DNA of 64,000 bases from a virus, in IMG/VR virus record IMGVR_UViG_3300024492_000057, positions 3,798 through 67,797 of that record. One strand, written 5' to 3'. Shown piece after piece: positions 58,586-64,000 of this stretch. Position 1 is the stretch's first letter, and each line of letters starts with the position of its first letter. The position numbers were made by a program, and so were the translations under genes. A model generated the notes under the pieces. The model did not search any database, had not been told where the DNA came from, and worked only from the letters and a program-made list of their open reading frames with translations.

Positions 58586-60052
58586 TTATTTCCTTTTTCC
58601 AAAAACTTTATATAAAGCAGCAACAGATTGAGAACGACGTTGATCTCTAGCAAATTCCGCATTCTTAACAAATAAATCTCCACCACCTAAGTCATAATTT
58701 GCGGGGTACGGGTTCTTACTATATGAAATTGCTCTAGTCATGTAAATTAAAGCATCTACGAAATCATAATGACCATTATCAGGCGAACGCCCAAACGTTT
58801 GTTTATTTTTAGCTGATGACCATTTAACGTTATCTAAATGACGAATTAAATGCTTACAACGTGGATTTATAATGATTTTTCCACCACCAAGAAGAGAACG
58901 CATGTTATTAATCGCCGCTTCCTTATCATCTTTACGGGTAGATGAAAAGCTAACTTGACCATGAGATTTTAAAGCAATCTCTTGAGTAACAATTAAATTA
59001 ATATCTGATACTCTAAGATATGGTTTTTTAACTTCATTAGTTAGCGGATTAACCCAAAGTTCTTCCTCTTTAGCTTTAATCATATCGGTTAACTTACCGA
59101 TATTCATATCTCTTTTAGAGAAATCCGCTTCTAGTTCATCTTCAATAATAATCTTATTAGCCCGGAAATCATAATAACCAAAAAGTACAGCAGTTAAATC
59201 AATTGCACCTAAATCCATTGCAACGTAGCTATCAAAGTAAGGAGGTCTAGGCCACTCTCTAATAATTATACTTTTAAGCTCATCTGTGAATTCTGGAATT
59301 ACAGCAATAGACTCATCTTTAATTAACTCGCACATACACTCTCTACGAAATCCAATATCTTTTTCACGTAGAGGATATTCAGAAATATATTGTTCTACTT
59401 GTTCGGGAGTTAATCGAGGATTATCATATAGAGTCTTCTTAATAAGAGTACCCTGTTCCATTGCTCGTTCAATATAAGCAATGAAATCATGGTCCATATT
59501 CTGAGGAGGAGTTCCAGCTAATAGGATCTTACCGTTAGTGGTAAGAGTAGTAGGAAGTAATACAGATTTAATAGCATAGTCTAAACTAGATACGTCCTGA
59601 GCCTCATCGATAATTGCAATATTGGCACTACCACCGCGAAGCTTATCTACATTCTTATTCTCGGATCCGGCTAGCTGTAATTCTGCCCCATTAGGGAAGT
59701 AATAAATAAAGTCTTGAGTTTTAAACTCAGGCTGTAATTCTTTAGGACAAGTTTCAAGAAGATCGCGAATAAGAGGACGAATATTAGTTTGTACCTGTAA
59801 ACGAGTAGGAGATACAAACTTTACAATAGCTTTAGGATTCTTTAAACAAACTTCTAGAGCTAATACACAAAGGGTTCTAGTCTTACCGGAACGGCGAGCA
59901 AGAAGCCAAGTTTGAATCTTATGATCAGATTCATGGAATAGCTTATAAAGTTCTTTCTGATTGCGATCAAGAAGCCACTGAAGCGAACCCCTACGCCATA
60001 GCTCGGCAAGAGCTTCGGATTTACTAACTTTAGGAGTTGCCTTTTCAGCCAT
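58586..60052 (-). CDS. terL: terminase large subunit
   Basis: ARRSGKT Walker A, LRG, IIDEA Walker B, GTP, MDLG..D and HYDFVDAL nuclease motifs. Confidence 0.92.
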   Translation of the reverse strand: MAEKATPKVSKSEALAELWRRGSLQWLLDRNQKELYKLFHESDHKIQTWLLARRSGKTRTLCVLALEVCLKNPKAIVKFVSPTRLQVQTNIRPLIRDLLETCPKELQPEFKTQDFIYYFPNGAELQLAGSENKNVDKLRGGSANIAIIDEAQDVSSLDYAIKSVLLPTTLTTNGKILLAGTPPQNMDHDFIAYIERAMEQGTLIKKTLYDNPRLTPEQVEQYISEYPLREKDIGFRRECMCELIKDESIAVIPEFTDELKSIIIREWPRPPYFDSYVAMDLGAIDLTAVLFGYYDFRANKIIIEDELEADFSKRDMNIGKLTDMIKAKEEELWVNPLTNEVKKPYLRVSDINLIVTQEIALKSHGQVSFSSTRKDDKEAAINNMRSLLGGGKIIINPRCKHLIRHLDNVKWSSAKNKQTFGRSPDNGHYDFVDALIYMTRAISYSKNPYPANYDLGGGDLFVKNAEFARDQRRSQSVAALYKVFGKRK

Positions 60053-60471
60053 TATTCAACCAGCTTTAGAAGTTCAGCTTCAGATACAACTTCTACTGTA
60101 GCCTGAAGTGGTTTATCTTTAGCTGCTTCTTCTTTTAAAATTCTATTATAAAGCTCAACGCGCTTAGCTTCGTCAGTATCTAATTCACGTTCAAATGATG
60201 CATCTTTAAGAAGTTTTAATTGAATCTGTGCAATAGTTTTAGCATCATCCATCATTCCAAGATTGATTGCTGGATTACCTAAAATAGCTGCTGGAGCACC
60301 ACCAGCGCTAGCCTTCATTAATTCTTTATTCTTACCTTCAAGTTTTTCAACTTTTTCAGTTAACTCTTTATTCTTTTGAGTAAGAGTTTGAATCTGCTTC
60401 ATCTGAGCAGAACAAAAAATTTTCAACTCTTCAACTGAATTATATTTTTCTAACATTTTTTCAATGTTCAT
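60052..60471 (-). CDS. hypothetical protein, candidate terminase small subunit
   Basis: position directly upstream of and coupled to terL only. Confidence 0.45.
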   Translation of the reverse strand: MNIEKMLEKYNSVEELKIFCSAQMKQIQTLTQKNKELTEKVEKLEGKNKELMKASAGGAPAAILGNPAINLGMMDDAKTIAQIQLKLLKDASFERELDTDEAKRVELYNRILKEEAAKDKPLQATVEVVSEAELLKLVE

Positions 60472-60473
60472 AA

Positions 60474-60755
60474 TTATTTAGCTGGGCGAAGTCCTTGGCT
60501 AATTTTCAATGAAGAAATTGCAGATTTAATATCTTCTACATTCTTATTCTGATCATTCTGCTTAACTTCTAAGTCATTTAAACGATTAGTTAATTCTTGA
60601 ATTTGTTTATTCTGAATTTGGCTATTGTATAGAAAATGTGCTCCAGCTAATACTAGGATAATAAGAGCGTCTGAATAATTAGAACCTAGAATTGCGAGCT
60701 TAGCGGTATATCCGCCAAAAAGACATAAAAGAAGAGCTTTATCGATATTACGCAT
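60474..60755 (-). CDS. membrane protein with C-terminal coiled coil (holin candidate)
   Basis: two hydrophobic segments, GAGG RBS, divergent from endolysin. Confidence 0.55.
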   Translation of the reverse strand: MRNIDKALLLCLFGGYTAKLAILGSNYSDALIILVLAGAHFLYNSQIQNKQIQELTNRLNDLEVKQNDQNKNVEDIKSAISSLKISQGLRPAK

Positions 60756-60859
60756 ACGACCTCTAAGTGTTTAATATAATTGCTGAAGTTGTAAATCGTG
60801 ATGACCTTATTGTAATTGCCTTAATGCGGCTGTGTCCGTTGATTTAACTCTTCAAATAC

Positions 60860-60868
60860 AGTTGTTAA
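60860..60868 (-). promoter_or_regulatory. late promoter motif TTAACAACT with ~100-nt leader
   Basis: heads terminase/portal operon. Confidence 0.75.
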
Positions 60869-60872
60869 ATAA

Positions 60873-60881
60873 ATAACAACT
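60873..60881 (+). promoter_or_regulatory. late promoter motif ATAACAACT (divergent copy)
   Basis: 8 nt before endolysin ATG. Confidence 0.7.
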
Positions 60882-60889
60882 TAAATACA

Positions 60890-61378
60890 ATGCTTCCAGA
60901 ACCAATATGTAATATCTGCTTATGTTATATGCTCGAAGATCCGAACAATCTCGGATGGTTAAAATGCTTAAGCTGTGATTTTAGAAAGAAAGGAAAAAAC
61001 TCAATGATTACAATAAAAGAGCTATTAGGGGATGTTAAATTAGAGGATCTCCCTGAAGATTATAGAAAGAATGCAGAAGAGCTACTTCGTAGAGTTAATC
61101 TATTCCGTAAAGAATATGGACAACCGATGTATGTAACTAGCGGATATAGATCGCCAGAGCACAATGCTAAAATAGGCGGATCCAAGGCATCTGCTCATAT
61201 GAGTTGCCAAGCTATCGACTTTAGAGATGGGGATAAGAAACTAAAGGAATTTATAGCTAATGATCCGGCTATATTAGAAAGATGTGACCTGTATATGGAA
61301 CATCCCGATGCGACTTTGACATGGATACACCTACAGAGTAGACCAACAAAATCAGGTAATCGCGTTTTTAAGCCTTGA
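60890..61378 (+). CDS. peptidase M15A-type endolysin with N-terminal zinc-ribbon extension
   Basis: TSGYRS..HN..IGG...SAH....AID...WIH. Confidence 0.88.
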   Translation: MLPEPICNICLCYMLEDPNNLGWLKCLSCDFRKKGKNSMITIKELLGDVKLEDLPEDYRKNAEELLRRVNLFRKEYGQPMYVTSGYRSPEHNAKIGGSKASAHMSCQAIDFRDGDKKLKEFIANDPAILERCDLYMEHPDATLTWIHLQSRPTKSGNRVFKP

Positions 61379-61622
61379 GTTGTTTATACAATTTTCTATA
61401 AGCAAACTCTGTGGGCAACCCTACTTTAGCTTCTTCAGCAAAAAACGCTTCAAGAAGAATACGAAGCTTATTACATAGATTTAAATACCGTTCTCCAGCT
61501 TCTTGTATAAAAATAGGATCAGTATCAGATTTATCTAAGTCCTTGATAACTTTCTGTAATTCGTGTAATTCAAATACATAAGCACTAATCTCTAAATGAA
61601 GCTGAAGGATTTCATCGGTCAT
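61368..61622 (-). CDS. hypothetical protein
   Basis: ATGA coupling. Confidence 0.65.
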   Translation of the reverse strand: MTDEILQLHLEISAYVFELHELQKVIKDLDKSDTDPIFIQEAGERYLNLCNKLRILLEAFFAEEAKVGLPTEFAYRKLYKQLKA

Positions 61623-61834
61623 TCTTCTAAAGCCCTCTTAATTGTCATTCTAACCGCAGTTTGCTTACGATGACATTCTCCGCATACTAATCCATTCCAT
61701 AGAAGACCATCCTCACCCTTCCACTTAGGAGTTTTACCTACCTTCTTCTTGTAGGTTCCTTCACGGATTCTCTTCTTCTTTAACCCACAGATTTTACATT
61801 GTAATTCGTGATTATCGGGTGCTCTATCCGCCAT
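61619..61834 (-). CDS. small zinc-finger protein
   Basis: CKIC...CGEC. Confidence 0.7.
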   Translation of the reverse strand: MADRAPDNHELQCKICGLKKKRIREGTYKKKVGKTPKWKGEDGLLWNGLVCGECHRKQTAVRMTIKRALEE

Positions 61835-62286
61835 TAGTTACACCTATTCACTATATCCTCTAATACCTGAGCATTTTCAACTTGTTCAGATAGATTTACA
61901 TGACTAGGATACATATAATGTTGAGCATTATCAGAATGAGGACGATAAATCACACAATGAGCTAATTCATGATCCATTAATTGTTTACGATCAGCTTCCG
62001 TACGCCAGGGGTCATTCCACCAATCAGGATCAATCTCAATCCTATAGCCATTAATCTTCTGATAACAAAGTCCAATAATTCCATCGACTTGAGGCTTAAA
62101 CTTAATCTGATAAAATGGACTACTATTGTAATCATCAGGATGACAATTTGCCTCAACTTTACGATAGTATTCTTTTACATAAGGCTCAAATTCTGGCGTA
62201 ACCGACCGAGCACTAACTCCAAACAAAGTCCAACAGAACGCAGTATATACACAAACAAACGTAGTAAAAGCCTTAGTCATTATCAT
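61834..62286 (-). CDS. secreted/anchored metzincin-like metallopeptidase
   Basis: HELAHCVIYRPH zinc motif, YMYP Met-turn, hydrophobic N-terminus. Confidence 0.78.
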   Translation of the reverse strand: MIMTKAFTTFVCVYTAFCWTLFGVSARSVTPEFEPYVKEYYRKVEANCHPDDYNSSPFYQIKFKPQVDGIIGLCYQKINGYRIEIDPDWWNDPWRTEADRKQLMDHELAHCVIYRPHSDNAQHYMYPSHVNLSEQVENAQVLEDIVNRCN

Positions 62287-62705
62287 AGCTTACCCATAAA
62301 TTTAAGGATACAAACACAGGTACAATAAGCAGGATTAGAGCCTTTATATTCGGCGCAATTACCCCAATCCCCGTAGGCAGCCCTCCAAGTACCATCCTCT
62401 AAAGACAATACATACGTCTGTTGATTGCGTTCGGCTATACGCCGAGCCGCATAAAGCGCTAGATTCACATCTTCACAGTAGTTATCCGGGGTAGATGATG
62501 TAATAGTATACAAATGACGTTCATAGTCAGGAATAGCATTTAATAGATCTTGAGCATCATTATAAGATAACCCAGATTCTACAATACGAAACTCACAACG
62601 AAAGTCGTATCTTTTCTCTTCACCGAGAATTGACTCAATCTTCTTATTTATATCTTTATGATTTAACATAACATCCACTATAACACACCTATAAACATAA
62701 GTCAA
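62283..62705 (-). CDS. hypothetical protein
   Basis: coupled ORF. Confidence 0.6.
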   Translation of the reverse strand: MTYVYRCVIVDVMLNHKDINKKIESILGEEKRYDFRCEFRIVESGLSYNDAQDLLNAIPDYERHLYTITSSTPDNYCEDVNLALYAARRIAERNQQTYVLSLEDGTWRAAYGDWGNCAEYKGSNPAYCTCVCILKFMGKL

Positions 62706-63274
62706 CGAGATTCTCTAAATCGTATTAACTTATAACCCTTAGTCTTATGATATACCTTTGTAAGCTCATTATCACAATATCGAAGCGCATTAACCTGACC
62801 GGGGTATGTCTTACTCAACCACTCATCAGCTTCAATCATATTATCAAATATACCAACTACAATAGCCCCAATAGACGTACATTTTATCGTAACATACACC
62901 AGGGGCATACGTCTAAGAAGATCGCGGTAATCAGCCATTATAGTCTTATAAACCTTATATTGTATGTTGTTATATTTACCGGTCATATCAAGATAACTAG
63001 TTTGTTGAAATAGAAGAACAGCATCAGCTCGAATGGTTATATCAGATTGAGGGGAATCGTACATCTTAAGTACTTCTAAAGATAGTGCATTCCGGTTATA
63101 AGCATTCTGTAATAACTTATTGGAATGTATACCTCTACGTAAATCAGTTACAATTAGGGCTAATTGATCTATTGCATTACCATTAGACCAATGGAGGGAT
63201 GCATTATTTAAGTCATCTTTAATGACATATATACAATATAAGGGGAATTCTAATAGGTTATTTAATAAAGGCAT
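62702..63274 (-). CDS. degenerate GIY-YIG-like protein
   Basis: CIYVIK and LRRGIHSNKLLQNAYN..LSLEVL resemble Seg/I-TevI-type domains, but YIG and the catalytic Arg are not seen. Confidence 0.55.
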   Translation of the reverse strand: MPLLNNLLEFPLYCIYVIKDDLNNASLHWSNGNAIDQLALIVTDLRRGIHSNKLLQNAYNRNALSLEVLKMYDSPQSDITIRADAVLLFQQTSYLDMTGKYNNIQYKVYKTIMADYRDLLRRMPLVYVTIKCTSIGAIVVGIFDNMIEADEWLSKTYPGQVNALRYCDNELTKVYHKTKGYKLIRFRESR

Positions 63275-63660
63275 AGCTCTAGCGAGGCTTCGTCATACGA
63301 TCCTCTGAAAGTATGGTACATACTTGTTCTAATACAGCATTAAGGCAGCGAAAGCGATAGCCGTATGCGGTACATACTCAATTACAAGACGAAGCAACTT
63401 TATATCAGTCTAACGCATTTTCAAAAAAAATACAAGACTAACTCAAGAATTACTTCATCAACTAAACTCAGTCGTAAAGTCTGACTGGTAAACTCAGGGT
63501 ACATAGCTTTTCCCTTATTAAGGGTAGGTAGTATAACCTTTATGGATTCTTCGTAATCCTTGCTATCCCTGCTGTCGAAAGCCTCGCTCATAGTTGCCAA
63601 ACACTAATACTAACGACAGGTCTTATTCAGAGAGTATCCGGTTGAGACAGACTCTCATCA
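63275..63660 (-). ncRNA. candidate large structured RNA / leader
   Basis: no long ORF, late motif at 5' end, many helices, G-U pairs favour the - strand. Confidence 0.6.
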
Positions 63661-63665
63661 ATTAG

Positions 63666-63674
63666 AGTTGTTAA
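63666..63674 (-). promoter_or_regulatory. late promoter motif TTAACAACT
   Basis: recurrent motif, followed by non-coding sequence. Confidence 0.72.
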
Positions 63675-63757
63675 ATTCTGAACAAAATACAAGTAAAAAA
63701 TGAAAGAATTTTCTGTATTGTTATCAATAATATACAAATAGAGTAATATAATTACCT

Positions 63758-63817
63758 CGTTTCTAGGTTGTTATAATTCTCTAATAATTATAAAGGGTTA
63801 TAAATACGTTTCTAGGT
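63758..63817. repeat. 11-bp direct repeat CGTTTCTAGGT flanking AT-rich TTATAA sites
   Basis: copies at 63758-63768 and 63807-63817. Confidence 0.7.
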
Positions 63818-64000
63818 AGTAAGGAAAAGTCAAATTTGTGAGTGATATTAGCAATTTGCAAGTGCATGTCAGAGGTATGCCCCCCCCCCCTACGTTGTCA
63901 GCGTCATTCTCGCTGTCTCTGATCAGCGTCTCTATGGTGTGAGATATCTCTCATCTACGCTATCTCTCATCATCCTTCTCTCTTCTCTGTCTCTCTCAGC

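Noticed and set aside
1015-63013. Antisense or nested ORFs in the track (e.g. 1015-1359, 13280-13810, 19423-20157, 35552-35950, 57035-57343, 61981-62328)
   Set aside because: Shadows of strong genes with no motifs or RBS
63275-63660. TIGR array or box C/D guide RNA (UGAUGA and CUGA boxes occur on the - strand)
   Set aside because: No regular ~36-nt repeat period and no Nop-domain protein recognised in the window
63275-63660. Group I intron around the GIY-YIG-like ORF
   Set aside because: Could not identify ordered P3/P7 core elements or an interrupted host gene; needs an Infernal search to exclude fully
5553-63660. Shared 7-8-mers between the 5.5 kb and 63.5 kb RNAs (TAAACTCA, ACCTACC, CGTTAGA)
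   Set aside because: Several such matches are expected by chance between ~300-nt AT-rich regions

Overview
The window is most of the genome of an AT-rich tailed dsDNA phage with podovirus-like architecture. No integrase, tRNA, CRISPR array or phage RNA polymerase was seen. From 1 to about 25.8 kb the + strand carries a densely coupled nucleotide-metabolism and replication arm driven by TTGACA-N17 sigma70-type promoters. It encodes class II RNR, ThyX, a GGQ release-factor-like protein, ERF, a primase-helicase, a family B DNA polymerase split in two ORFs, dUTPase and a signal-peptide ClpP-like protease. From about 25.8 to 63.3 kb the - strand carries the morphogenesis arm (terminase, portal, scaffold, capsid, fibres, adaptor, nozzle, ejection proteins), with one + strand M15 endolysin. 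The main unexplained signals are: (1) a TAACAACT late-promoter motif seen 8 times; (2) a ~390-nt structured RNA behind one such motif, preceding a catalytically degenerate GIY-YIG gene, whose 3' half is an interrupted antisense copy of the terminase-operon leader; (3) a 30-aa peptide that copies the capsid protein N-terminus and adds a poly-Lys tail; (4) a second structured ~260-nt RNA next to the GGQ gene. Product calls come from motifs read by eye and gene order. No searches or folding programs were run.
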